The translations under genes and the position numbers were made by a program. A stretch of 64,000 bases of DNA from Thermoplasmata archaeon (GTDB lineage Archaea; Thermoplasmatota; E2; JACPAO01; JAHFTW01). Within the stretch, counting starts at the first letter, position 1; each line of letters opens with the position of its first letter. The notes under the pieces were generated by a model. That model worked only from the letters and a program-made list of their open reading frames with translations, searched no databases and was not told the origin of the DNA. Positions 35,580-46,277 of the stretch are shown piece after piece. Location of the stretch: contig JAHFTW010000003.1 of the NCBI GenBank assembly GCA_023269235.1, positions 165,999-229,998 on the forward strand, written 5' to 3'.

Positions 35580-36011
35580 ATGTCCCGCCACGCCAGCAGC
35601 AAGCCCGTCCGCGACGCCGCCCCCACCTGGGTCCCGCTTCGCCCCCGCGAGGTCGAGCAGAAGGTCGTCGAGCTCGCCAAGGAGGGCAAGCAGCCCGCCG
35701 TCATCGGCCTCATCCTGCGCGACTCCTACGGCATCCCGTCCGTCCAGGAGCTGTGCGGCAAGAAGATCGTCCAGATCATGAACGAGGGCGGCGTCACCAC
35801 GAAGCTGCCCCAGGACCTGCAGAACCTGGTCCGCCGCAGCATCCACCTCCAGGAGCACCTCGCCGCCAACAGCCGCGACCTGCACAACCTGCGCGGCCTC
35901 GAGCTGATGGAGTCCCGCATCCGCAGCCTCGCCAAGTACCACACCGGCCGCGGCGAGCTGCCCGAGGGCTGGAACTACACCCGCGCCGGCGCCCGCCTGC
36001 TCGTCGAGTAA
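35580..36011 (+). CDS. rps15: 30S ribosomal protein S15 (uS15)
   Basis: '...KQPAVIGLILRDSYGIPSVQEL...LQEHLAANSRDLHNLRGLELMESRIRSLAKYH' is the archaeal S15/S13e pattern (143 aa). Confidence 0.85.
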   Translation: MSRHASSKPVRDAAPTWVPLRPREVEQKVVELAKEGKQPAVIGLILRDSYGIPSVQELCGKKIVQIMNEGGVTTKLPQDLQNLVRRSIHLQEHLAANSRDLHNLRGLELMESRIRSLAKYHTGRGELPEGWNYTRAGARLLVE

Positions 36012-36019
36012 TCGAGCGC

Positions 36020-37426
36020 ATGGACGCCCCGCCCGCGCGGGGAGTCGCGTCTCCCGGCGACGTCTCGCGTCTCGTGCTGAGCGCGCGCCAGGCCGCGGCC
36101 GCCATCCGCGCGCGGCCGCCCGGCACGCGCTGGCTTCTCGATTGCGACAACGACGCCGACGGCCTGTGCGCCGCCGCCGTCACCGCGCTTGCCCTGCTGC
36201 GCGCCGGCCACCGGTTCACCATCCGCCCGAGCCGGGACAAGCAGGAGGCGCACTACCGCGCCCTGCTGGCCGAGCCGGTGGATGGCTTCCTCACGCTCGA
36301 CAAGGGCACGAGCCACGCGGCCCAGCTTGCCGCCGACCCGCAGCGCAAGGGCCGCCCCGTCGTCGTCGTGGACCACCACAATGTCCCCGCCGCGGCGCAT
36401 GACGGCGTCGTGATGCTCAACCCGCGCACGGTGGGCCTCGACGGCTCCCGCGACGCTTCCGGCGCCACCACGGCGCTCGCGCTCGCCCTTGAGCTCGCTG
36501 GCCCCACGGCCTGGACCTGGGCCCCCATCGCCCTCTCCGGCGCCGTCGGCGACTGGCAGCACATGGGTGGCTGGCAGGGCTGGAACCTCGCCGTCGTCCA
36601 AGAGGCTACGAAGCAAGGCCACCTGCGCATGGTCGCGATGCCGCGCTTCATCGGCGTCAGCCTCGCGGAGGCCCTCAGCCACGCCCGCCCCGCCATCCCC
36701 GGGCTCCAAGGCGACCCCCAGGCGTCTGCCCAGTTTCTCGCTTCGATTCAAGTGGATGCCGACGCGGAGGTCGAGGAGCTGGACGTGGAGGCGCGCACCC
36801 GGCTCGTCTCGGCGGTCGTCGCGCGCCACCTCGCGCACGGCGCGTCGGGCGCCGGGCTCGACCGCCTCGTCGGCCCGCTCGAATGGAACGTGCGCCTGGA
36901 CGCCTCGCTGCGGCAGGTCTTCCGCCTCGTGGACGCCTGCGGCCGCGAGGGCAACCCGCAGGCGGCGCTCGCGTGGCTCATGGGCGACGCGGCCGCGAAG
37001 GCCGAGGTCACGGCCTGTTTCCAGAGCTACCGGCAGGCCCTGTCGGCCGGCGTGCGCGCGCTCCGCGACGGCGGCGTGGCCAAGCGGCAGGCCCTCCAGG
37101 TCGCCTGGACCGAGCGCGCCGACTACACGGGCATGGTGGCGGGCATCGGCATGACGCATATCGTCGCCGACCGGTCCCGCCCGCTCGCCGTGCTCGCGCC
37201 CCGGCCGGACGGGAAGGTCCAGGCTTCGACGCGCGGCACGCACGAGCAGGTCGCCGCCGGCCTCGACCTGGGCGCCGCCTGCTCGGTCGCCGCCCAGGCG
37301 GCTGGCTCCGAGGGCGGCGGCCACCCCGTCGCCGCGGGGGCCGTCATCGCGAAGGAGACGGTCGAGCCGTTCCTCGCGGCCCTGGACGCCGCGCTCATCG
37401 CGCAGAAGTTCCTCGGCGGTGCCTGA
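36020..37426 (+). CDS. recJ: DHH-family RecJ/GAN-like single-strand nuclease
   Basis: 'LLDCDNDADGLCAAA' gives the DHH motif I, and 'VVVDHHNVP' gives DHH. A DHHA1-like C-terminus follows. S15 adjacent to a RecJ-like gene is a conserved archaeal neighbourhood. Confidence 0.8.
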   Translation: MDAPPARGVASPGDVSRLVLSARQAAAAIRARPPGTRWLLDCDNDADGLCAAAVTALALLRAGHRFTIRPSRDKQEAHYRALLAEPVDGFLTLDKGTSHAAQLAADPQRKGRPVVVVDHHNVPAAAHDGVVMLNPRTVGLDGSRDASGATTALALALELAGPTAWTWAPIALSGAVGDWQHMGGWQGWNLAVVQEATKQGHLRMVAMPRFIGVSLAEALSHARPAIPGLQGDPQASAQFLASIQVDADAEVEELDVEARTRLVSAVVARHLAHGASGAGLDRLVGPLEWNVRLDASLRQVFRLVDACGREGNPQAALAWLMGDAAAKAEVTACFQSYRQALSAGVRALRDGGVAKRQALQVAWTERADYTGMVAGIGMTHIVADRSRPLAVLAPRPDGKVQASTRGTHEQVAAGLDLGAACSVAAQAAGSEGGGHPVAAGAVIAKETVEPFLAALDAALIAQKFLGGA

Positions 37427-37635
37427 TGCATCGCCTCACGGTGCGCCTGGAGGCCGTCTCCGCGCCCGCGGCGGCCACGGCGGTCGCGGCGCTCGCACCG
37501 GACAATGGAGGCTTCCTCACGGCGCGGGCCGATGGCTCCGTCGTCGTGTTGGAAGCGTCGGGGACTTCGCCGCGCGCGCTCCTGCGCACGCTCGAGGACG
37601 CGCTCGACTGCCTCTACGCGACCGGACTGCGCTGA
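37426..37635 (+). CDS. pcc1: KEOPS subunit Pcc1-like small protein
   Basis: A 69 aa product: 'LTVRLEAVSAPAAATAVAALAPDNGGF...ASGTSPRALLRTLEDALDCLYA' fits the Pcc1 beta-beta-alpha pattern ('..ADS.ALRA.LNS.LRW'). The ATG overlaps the recJ-like stop (TGATG). Confidence 0.5.
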   Translation: MHRLTVRLEAVSAPAAATAVAALAPDNGGFLTARADGSVVVLEASGTSPRALLRTLEDALDCLYATGLR

Positions 37636-37638
37636 GCC

Positions 37639-38358
37639 TTAGTCGTGGTTGTGGCCTTCGTGGCCGGGCTGCTTGGAGCCGCCCTCGGGGGGCGCCGGGA
37701 AGGACTCGACGAGCTTGATGGCGCGCTTGCCGGCGACGGAGCGGATCTGGTTGACGACGGTGAACTTCGCCATCGTCCAGGAGTTGTCGAACTTGGCCGC
37801 GTCGGGGACGTCGAAGACGACCTCGTCGCTGGTGACGGCGACCTTGTAGCTGCCGGGCTGGAACAGGTTGGCGAGGACCGCCTCGACCTTCTTGGCGTCG
37901 TCCGCGATGACCTCGGTGATGGTGTACTCGTAGGTGAGCGGCTTGCCGGCGAGGTCGTGGTTCAAGTCGACGCGGACGCGGCCGCCGGCGACACGGGTCA
38001 CGATGCCGCGCTCGTTGCTGAGGTTGACGGACATGCCGACTTGGGGCTGGACCTTCTGGGACTTGAACTGGGCCATGGGGACATCCTTGATTTTGTCGGC
38101 CTTGCGCTCGCCGTAGGCGTCGGCGGCGGCGATGTCCACCTTGAGGGGCTTGCCGGCCTGGCCGTGGCTGCGGATGTGCGACTCGAGGCCGGGGATGATC
38201 TGGTGCGCGCCGAGGGCGACGACGAGGGGCTGGTAGCGCTTGCCCTCGCGCAGGATGTCGTTCTTCTTGGCGACCTCCTCGGAGTTCGTCTCGACGAGCT
38301 TGCCGTCGACGAAGAGGGTGTAGTCCAGGCGGATGACGTCGCCGTCCTTGAGGGCCAT
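37639..38358 (-). CDS. FKBP-type peptidyl-prolyl cis-trans isomerase (archaeal long FKBP with IF insert)
   Basis: 'MALKDGDVIRLDYTLFVDGKLVETN...PLVVALGAHQIIPGLE' is the FKBP core; the 239 aa length reflects a C-terminal extension. Confidence 0.85.
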   Translation of the reverse strand: MALKDGDVIRLDYTLFVDGKLVETNSEEVAKKNDILREGKRYQPLVVALGAHQIIPGLESHIRSHGQAGKPLKVDIAAADAYGERKADKIKDVPMAQFKSQKVQPQVGMSVNLSNERGIVTRVAGGRVRVDLNHDLAGKPLTYEYTITEVIADDAKKVEAVLANLFQPGSYKVAVTSDEVVFDVPDAAKFDNSWTMAKFTVVNQIRSVAGKRAIKLVESFPAPPEGGSKQPGHEGHNHD

Positions 38359-38413
38359 GGCGCCGCCGACTCGGGGGACCTACATAATGCGCACGGCGGC
38401 GCCCAGGAGGGGC

Positions 38414-38725
38414 CTACCAGCGGCCTTGGAACTTCAGGTAGCCGACGGCGATGAGGAGCAGGCCCAGCACGGCGTTGGCGACGATGGCGAGGGCGATGAA
38501 GAGGAAGTGGAACGCCAGCACGGCGACGCCGAGGGCGACGAGCGTGATGCCGTAGGCGCTCGAGCCCGAGGACTTGCCCGCGAGGACGAGGACGCCGAGG
38601 ACGAGGGCGGCCACGGCGCCGACGAGCACGAGCGCGCCGCCGAAGCCGAGGAAGCCGAGCGCGACGAGGGCGCCCAGCACGATGAGGACGACGCCGATGG
38701 TCTGGTCCGTGGATTTGGCGTCCAT
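38414..38725 (-). CDS. Small membrane protein (3 TM)
   Basis: Start taken at ATG 38725 ('MDAKSTDQTIGVVLIVLGALVALGF...'), a TAATG overlap with the upstream gene. Confidence 0.45.
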   Translation of the reverse strand: MDAKSTDQTIGVVLIVLGALVALGFLGFGGALVLVGAVAALVLGVLVLAGKSSGSSAYGITLVALGVAVLAFHFLFIALAIVANAVLGLLLIAVGYLKFQGRW

Positions 38726-39141
38726 TAGCACAGCGCCCCGGTGGAGTCGTAGCGGCAGGCGCCGCCATCGCGGTCGTACACCACCGTGCGGCCCGTCCGG
38801 ATGTGGTATTGCACGAACATCCCGGGCTGGATGGCGCCGCAGGCGACCGCGTCCACGTCCTGCACCGTGTAGTGGATGCCGAACAGCTTCGTCGAGACCG
38901 TGACGCCGCCGGCCTGGCCGCCGCTGTGGAACGGTCCGGAGGCCGGGATGCAGGACTTCTCGACGACGGTTGCCTCGACCGCGTAGTCGTTGAGGAACAG
39001 CGAGCCCGCCACGAGGAGAAGGATGCCCACGGCGCCCCCGAGCGCCAAGGAGACAATGGACGCGGTGTTCACGTCAGCGCCCACGCGGCCGTGGTTGTTG
39101 GCCTTTCCGCTGCGAGGCCCGCCCGGGACCCAAGTTTCCAT
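38725..39141 (-). CDS. Membrane-anchored Cys-containing small protein
   Basis: An N-terminal TM ('IVSLALGGAVGILLLVAGSLF') is followed by an extracytoplasmic domain with four Cys. Confidence 0.45.
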   Translation of the reverse strand: METWVPGGPRSGKANNHGRVGADVNTASIVSLALGGAVGILLLVAGSLFLNDYAVEATVVEKSCIPASGPFHSGGQAGGVTVSTKLFGIHYTVQDVDAVACGAIQPGMFVQYHIRTGRTVVYDRDGGACRYDSTGALC

Positions 39142-39176
39142 GGAGCCATCACTAAGCTGAAGTAGCGTGGCAGGTC

Positions 39177-40085
39177 GTGAAGCATGTGCAGATTCATCCT
39201 GTGGTGGTCGTCGGCCTGCTCGGGGCCCTGTTCCTCGCCGGGTGCGCCCAGTCCGGCGACGGGACGGCCTCCAGCTCGTCGCCCGACTCGTTCCGCAACG
39301 TCCAGACCGCCCCCGACACGGGCATCATCAAGGGCGTCGTCGTGTCCGAGTCCATCACGCCCATCCCGGGCGCCAACGTCCAGCTCGCAGGCCAGAAGCT
39401 CAACAAGACGACCGACAAGGATGGCGCGTTCGTCTTCACCGACCTCAAGGCCGGCACCTACTTCCTCAAGGTGACGAAGGCCGGCCACCTCGCGCAGCAG
39501 ACCTCCACCACCGTCGTCGAGGGCGAGACCGACGTCAAGACCCTCAAGGTCATCCTGCCCGTGGACCGCGCCTCGCTGCCGTTCGCCCAACTCTACAAAT
39601 GGGACGGCTTCCTCGAGTGCGGCGTCGGTCTTCCGTTGCCGGACAACCCGGTCTCGCACGGCGGCGTGAACCCGTGCGCCGTCGACGGCGCGAACTCGCA
39701 CAACACGCAGGCCGTCGAGGTGTCCGTCCCGCTCACGATGGCCCAGCTTGAGCTGCGCTGGGACGGCTCCCAGGCGCTCGGCAATTCGCTCTCCATCGGC
39801 ATCCTCGACCCCAACCAGGTGACCCCGGCCGACTTCGCCCACGTGGCGGGTCAGAGCCCGGTCATCCTCCCCGTGGACGGCAAGCTCATCCAGCAGTTCG
39901 AGGGCAACGCCACCAGCATGCTGGAGCGCGTCTTCCCTGCCGCCAACGGCCAAACCCCCGTGCTGATCCTCAACCAGCGCTTCACCGTGTACACGACTGA
40001 GTTCCACGGCTTCGTCCCCCGCGCGGGCTGGGCGTTCGTGACGGACGGCGAATGCACGGGCCCGGCGGACTGTGGGGCGAAGTAG
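39177..40085 (+). CDS. Lipoprotein with carboxypeptidase-regulatory-like (CarboxypepD_reg) domain, copy A
   Basis: GTG start. 'VVVGLLGALFLAGC|AQSGDG' supplies the lipobox, and 'GVVVSESITPIPGANVQLAGQKLNKTTDKDGAFVFTDLKAGTYFLKVTKAGH' the CarboxypepD_reg beta-sandwich. Confidence 0.7.
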   Translation: MKHVQIHPVVVVGLLGALFLAGCAQSGDGTASSSSPDSFRNVQTAPDTGIIKGVVVSESITPIPGANVQLAGQKLNKTTDKDGAFVFTDLKAGTYFLKVTKAGHLAQQTSTTVVEGETDVKTLKVILPVDRASLPFAQLYKWDGFLECGVGLPLPDNPVSHGGVNPCAVDGANSHNTQAVEVSVPLTMAQLELRWDGSQALGNSLSIGILDPNQVTPADFAHVAGQSPVILPVDGKLIQQFEGNATSMLERVFPAANGQTPVLILNQRFTVYTTEFHGFVPRAGWAFVTDGECTGPADCGAK

Positions 40086-40145
40086 GCGTCCCGGCCTCCT
40101 GGCCGTCAGCATTAAGTTGAAGTAGCGCGACGGCTCGTCACGAGC

Positions 40146-41030
40146 GTGGAGACCAAACCCCTCCTGGTGGCCGGTTTGCTGGGGGCCCTGCTTCTTGCCG
40201 GGTGCGCCCAGTCCAATGACGGCACGTCCAGCGACACCTCGACGCCCGACTCCTTCAAGGACATCCAGACCGCGCCCGACACCGGCGTCATCAAGGGCAT
40301 CGTCGTCTCCGAGTCCATCACGCCCATCGCCGGCGCGAATGTCCAGCTCACAGGCCAGAAGCTCAACAAGACCACGGACAAGGATGGCGCGTTCGTCTTC
40401 ACCGACCTCAAGGCCGGCACCTACTTCCTCAAGGTCAGCAAGCTCGGCTTCTTCACCCAGCAGACCTCCACGACCGTCGTCGAGGGCGAGACCGACGTCA
40501 AGACCCTCAAGGTCATCCTGCCCGTGGACCGCACCAGCACGCCGTTCGCCCAGCTCTACAAGTGGGATGGCTTCCTGGAGTGCGGCTTCGGCGTCGGCGT
40601 GGCCGGCGGCGTGGGCGTGAACCCCTGCGCCGTGGACAGCGCCAACTCCCACAACACGCAGGAGGTCGAGGTCATCCAGCCGATCTCCTTCATCCAGATC
40701 GAGATGGTCTGGGAGGGCACCCAGCAGCTCGGCAGCATCCTCAACGTCGGCATCTACGCGAGCGGCACCGCGAACTTCGTGGACAAGAGCGGCGAGTCCC
40801 CCCTCACGCTCCCCGTCACGAAGGAGATCTTCGACAAGAACAAGCCCAACGTGACCTCGATGATCCAGCGCGTCTTCACCGGCACGACCGATTCCAGCGC
40901 TTTCGTCACGACGCTCAACCAGCGCTTCACCGTGTACACCACCGAGTTCCACGGCTTCCTCCCCCGCGAGGACTGGACCTTCGTCAAGAACGGCGACTGC
41001 CGCAGCCCCGCCGAGTGCGGCAAGAAGTAG
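40146..41030 (+). CDS. Lipoprotein with CarboxypepD_reg domain, copy B (tandem paralog)
   Basis: GTG start. 'LLVAGLLGALLLAGC|AQSNDG', and the N-terminal ~130 aa are near-identical to copy A. Confidence 0.7.
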   Translation: METKPLLVAGLLGALLLAGCAQSNDGTSSDTSTPDSFKDIQTAPDTGVIKGIVVSESITPIAGANVQLTGQKLNKTTDKDGAFVFTDLKAGTYFLKVSKLGFFTQQTSTTVVEGETDVKTLKVILPVDRTSTPFAQLYKWDGFLECGFGVGVAGGVGVNPCAVDSANSHNTQEVEVIQPISFIQIEMVWEGTQQLGSILNVGIYASGTANFVDKSGESPLTLPVTKEIFDKNKPNVTSMIQRVFTGTTDSSAFVTTLNQRFTVYTTEFHGFLPREDWTFVKNGDCRSPAECGKK

Positions 41031-41080
41031 TCCGGTCGCGCTGGCGGCGGGCTTATCCGCACCAGCGGGAATGCGGCAGC

Positions 41081-41350
41081 ATGGCTGACAAGGACGACTC
41101 TCGGGCGCTTCTCTACGTGGGCATCGGCGCCGTCGCCGCCGTGGGCGCCGGCTACCTGCTGTGGCGCTTCGCCCTCGACGACAAGCAGCGCCGCCAGGTC
41201 AAGGACGCCGCGAGCGAGATGCTCGAGCGCGGCAGGGGCGTCGCGGTGCAGGGCGTCCAGGCCGCCCGCGACCTCGGCGCCGTCGGCGCGTCCAAGGCCC
41301 GCGAAGCCGCCGACTCGGTCGGCTCCCGCGTCCGCCACATGCGCGACTGA
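41081..41350 (+). CDS. YtxH/DUF948-like small membrane-anchored protein
   Basis: An 89 aa product with one TM ('LLYVGIGAVAAVGAGYLLW') and then a charged helical tail. Confidence 0.45.
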   Translation: MADKDDSRALLYVGIGAVAAVGAGYLLWRFALDDKQRRQVKDAASEMLERGRGVAVQGVQAARDLGAVGASKAREAADSVGSRVRHMRD

Positions 41351-41396
41351 CCGCGCATCACCGAGCGGCAACGGTTAGAACCGCCCCCGCGGTCCG

Positions 41397-43061
<1,665 letters not shown>

Positions 43062-43091
43062 GTTCTTGTCCCGGCGGCCGCTTGCGCCGCC

Positions 43092-43358
43092 ATGGCCCGC
43101 CTGCGCTTCGACGCCACCCCCAACCCCAACGCCCTCAAGGTGACGGGGCCGAGCAAGTTCTGCAACGGCTCGAAGATCATCAGCAAGCCCGAGCAGGCGA
43201 CGATGCCGCTCCCCAAGGCGCTCCTCGCCATCCCAGGCGTCGTCTCGCTGTTCTTCCTCAACGACTTCGTTACCATCACGAAGGCCCCCGACGCCGAGTG
43301 GGACGCGTTGACGCCGTCCATCCAACAGGCGCTCGAGCAGCACCCCCACGCGGCATAG
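43092..43358 (+). CDS. Nfu_N-like (NifU N-terminal scaffold-type) small protein
   Basis: 'RFDATPNPNALKVTGPSKF' matches the Nfu_N 'TPNPnalKF' motif (88 aa). Confidence 0.55.
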   Translation: MARLRFDATPNPNALKVTGPSKFCNGSKIISKPEQATMPLPKALLAIPGVVSLFFLNDFVTITKAPDAEWDALTPSIQQALEQHPHAA

Positions 43359-44040
43359 CGCACGAGGTTCGATTCTCCAGGCGGCGCTTCGCGCCGCCCC
43401 CAACGATTCACTCTGGCATCCAGCCGTTGAAGGGGACGACGCCGTCGGAGGACGTCGGGGATGCCTCGGAGGGTTTGGCGAACCGACGCATCGAATCGTT
43501 CGATGACGAAGCGATGCCCAGGGTGGAAGTCGAATCTGCGTCATTCTGGCGGGGCCTTGGCTGGACTGTTCGATGTCGCCAGAATCGAGCACGAAGACAT
43601 CTGCTGAATCTGAGTTCCTGGTCGTCGGAGTCCGTCGGCCTCGCTTTTCGCAATCGCGCCGCACGTTTCTGCGCAATCCGTGGCGATTCTCCGCCAACTT
43701 CATGAACCACTGCTTGTCATGGTTCGTCCCGTGAGCACCTTGCTCTACCATCCCATGCCGATGCGCATGTGGGGCGGTAGCAAGATGCTCCCCATTTTTG
43801 TCGGCAAGTGCACGTAGGTTCCCTTCGTTGCCCTTGCTGGCGTCGAAGGTGAGCCCTGATGATGTACCAGCCCAAGCTATCCAACACCCCGCACGGCCTT
43901 CCCGCCGCCCCCTCGTTCCAGAGCCAGCTCCGTCAGGTCCGCGTCGTGCGGCCCGTGGCGGTCGTGAGCGTCCTCGGCGTCGCCGACGCGGACGTGGTCC
44001 CGTTGGGGGCGGAGGATTGAGCGACGAGCCCACCCGGCAG

Positions 44041-44589
44041 GACGTTCCTGCCCAAAGCACCCGACGGCGCCCCGAGCGCCCCGAGGTCATCCGGGAGATT
44101 CGCCTCCCGGCCGCCGCCGCCGACGGCGCCAACGGCGTCGCCACGCCGGCGCGGCGCAGGCTCGGCACGCTGTATCTGCTGACGTTGCTTTCGACGGTGG
44201 ACGGCTCGCTTCTGCTGCTGTCCGCGAGCGGCCAGCTCGACTCCTTGGGCGGCGCGCTCGCTGTCGGCCTCACGGTCATCGCGGGCGCCGGCTCCTGGCT
44301 CGCGGCGCGGCAGGCCTTCCAGGGCTGCCGCGGCGTTGGCGACTGGGCCGCGCTCGGTGTTCTGGGCCTGCTGACTCTTGCGGCCACGGCCGCGGCGGTC
44401 TGGCTCGGATCCACGCTTGGCTCGGCGCTGACGCTGCACGTGCTGCCGAAGGCGACCGGGGTCGTCCTGCTGCTCGTGGCGGCCGACATCGGCGGCCTGC
44501 GCGTCCCACGCCTGCGCGGCGTCCCGCTGCCCGTCGCGGTCGTGGCCTGCGCGGGCGTCCTCGAGGCGGTGGCGCAGTGGATTCGTTGA
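44041..44589 (+). CDS. Membrane protein (start uncertain)
   Basis: Hydrophobic helices 'LGTLYLLTLLSTVDGSLLLL', 'ALAVGLTVIAGAGSWLAA' and 'LGVLGLLTLAATAAAVWLG'. No ATG is available and the start was placed arbitrarily within the ORF 43798..44589. Confidence 0.3.
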   Translation, partial: DVPAQSTRRRPERPEVIREIRLPAAAADGANGVATPARRRLGTLYLLTLLSTVDGSLLLLSASGQLDSLGGALAVGLTVIAGAGSWLAARQAFQGCRGVGDWAALGVLGLLTLAATAAAVWLGSTLGSALTLHVLPKATGVVLLLVAADIGGLRVPRLRGVPLPVAVVACAGVLEAVAQWIR

Positions 44590-44834
44590 TCGGCGCCCTC
44601 GTCGCGGCCGCGGTGGCGTGGCTCAGCATCGTCGCGGCCGCGGTCTTCCCCGTGCCGCTCGACCTCGGCTGGCTGCGCCGCCTGGGCGCCGTGAGCCTCG
44701 CGCTCCTCGGCATCCTCGCGCTCGGCGCCCCGGTCCCCGGCTGGCTCCCGCTCGCCGTATTGGGCCTCGGCCTCGCGGCGGCGATGGTGAGTCCGTTCCT
44801 GCGCCGGCCCGACGGCCGGGGCATGGTGCCTTGA
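44577..44834 (+). CDS. Small membrane protein (2-3 TM)
   Basis: GTG start with a 13 nt overlap with the previous ORF; 'LIGALVAAAVAWLSIVAAAVFPV...LLGILALGAPV'. It could instead be a C-terminal piece of the upstream protein. Confidence 0.3.
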   Translation: MDSLIGALVAAAVAWLSIVAAAVFPVPLDLGWLRRLGAVSLALLGILALGAPVPGWLPLAVLGLGLAAAMVSPFLRRPDGRGMVP

Positions 44835-44910
44835 CCGAGCGCTGCCCCAGTAGGGCCCTGGTGAAAGGCGGCCGCGACACCCCTAAGTAGGGGGCACCCA
44901 AGTTGCGGCC

Positions 44911-46242
44911 GTGGGGCTTCCGACCGTCGTGCTGGGCTTCGTCGAAGGCGGCGCCTATCTGGCGCTCTCCGCCTGGATCGTCTGGCTCGGACCCGGCCGC
45001 GGCCTGCACCGCGCCCTCTTCCTTCTCCTCTTCTTCCTCGGCCTGAATGCCATCCTCCACGCGGTCACGCTCGTGGATTTCGCGTCCAAGGGGACCGCCG
45101 TGGGACTGGCCGACCGCTTGCAGACCTACGTCAAGTTGGCCCTCCCGTTCGCGGCCGCGGCGACGGGGGTCGAGTTTCTGCACGGCCACGGCCGGCCCCT
45201 GCGCGCCTCCGTCCGCGCGGGCATCCACCTTGCGTTGACGCTCGCCGCCAGCGCCCTCCTGGCCGCCAACCTCCTTGACCGCTCCCTGGTCCACGACGGC
45301 GCCTTCACCACCGGGCCGTTCGGGCCCCTTCTGTTCGCGGATCGGCTCGCCATGGCGGGCATCGCGGTGCTGCTGCTTGCCACGCCGCGCGGCGAGGACG
45401 CACGCACCATCCGGGTCGCGGCGGCCGCCTTCCTGATGGAGGCGGTCTACGCGTCGGCGCTTCTTCTCCGCAGCGGCGTCGCCATCTACGGCGTCCCGGG
45501 CTGGAACGGCTACGACACCTTGTCCTACCTCGTGGTGCCCGGCCTCGTCCTGGCCGCCGCCGCCCTCGCGGTCGTGTTCGCCTGGAGGCAGGACGCCACC
45601 CTCGGTCACCGCTACCTCGCCCTGGTCCTGTGCGCAGCGGGAACCTCGGTCCTCCTCGACGGCCTTCAGCGCCTCGCCGCGTTGTCGGGCACAGGCGGGT
45701 TCGCGGCCGCCCTCGGCGACCAGGCCTGGCCCGGCACCACGCTGGCCTTCCTGTGGGGCCTGGCGGGCGCCATCACGCTGGCCTACGCCGTCTTGCGCTG
45801 CCGTTTCCTGCGCGCCGAACTCACCGCGCGCAGCGTGTTCCGCGGCGGCGTCGCGGCGGCGGCCCTGACGGTCCTCTTCTTCGTTGCCGGCCAGGTCCTG
45901 GAGAGCCTGTTCAACGCCAACAGCCTCGTCCTCAACGTGGCGGCCGGCGCCGCCATCGCGATCGCCTTGTGGCCGGTGCAGCGCGGCACGGCCTACCTGG
46001 CGCATCGTCTCCTCGACCACGTCCAGGACACGCCAGAGTATCGTCGTGAACGGGGGCACGACATCTACCAGCACGCCGCCCGGGTCGCGTGGCGCGACGG
46101 ACGTGTCTCGGCCCAGGAACAGAGGGCGCTGGCGCGGCTGGGGGAGAGCCTTGAGATCTCTCCAAGCGAGATGAAGCGGCTGGAATCACGGGTTCGGGCA
46201 TTGCCCGGAAGCCAGTCGGCTGCCGTGGCGCAAGGCGCCTGA
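44911..46242 (+). CDS. Polytopic membrane protein with cytoplasmic C-terminal domain
   Basis: GTG start; about 9 TM helices. The C-terminal ~90 aa are hydrophilic ('YRRERGHDIYQHAARVAWRDGRVSAQEQRALARLGESL'). Confidence 0.55.
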   Translation: MGLPTVVLGFVEGGAYLALSAWIVWLGPGRGLHRALFLLLFFLGLNAILHAVTLVDFASKGTAVGLADRLQTYVKLALPFAAAATGVEFLHGHGRPLRASVRAGIHLALTLAASALLAANLLDRSLVHDGAFTTGPFGPLLFADRLAMAGIAVLLLATPRGEDARTIRVAAAAFLMEAVYASALLLRSGVAIYGVPGWNGYDTLSYLVVPGLVLAAAALAVVFAWRQDATLGHRYLALVLCAAGTSVLLDGLQRLAALSGTGGFAAALGDQAWPGTTLAFLWGLAGAITLAYAVLRCRFLRAELTARSVFRGGVAAAALTVLFFVAGQVLESLFNANSLVLNVAAGAAIAIALWPVQRGTAYLAHRLLDHVQDTPEYRRERGHDIYQHAARVAWRDGRVSAQEQRALARLGESLEISPSEMKRLESRVRALPGSQSAAVAQGA

Positions 46243-46277
46243 GGCCCAGGTGGGCGCGCGGCAGCTCTGCCCCGCCT

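Noticed and set aside
43360-43400. tRNA-like T-loop sequence 'GGTTCGATTCTCC' next to a GC hairpin.
   Set aside because: The flanks do not form a T-stem or any cloverleaf on hand folding. It is kept only as part of the candidate ncRNA/regulatory finding.
43858-44019. A 53 aa ORF 'MMYQPKLSNTPHGLPAAPSFQSQLRQVRVVRPVAVVSVLGVADADVV' with an ATG-ATG start.
   Set aside because: It is too short and unsupported, and it overlaps the uncertain N-terminus of the following membrane-protein ORF. It may be real, but I cannot support it.
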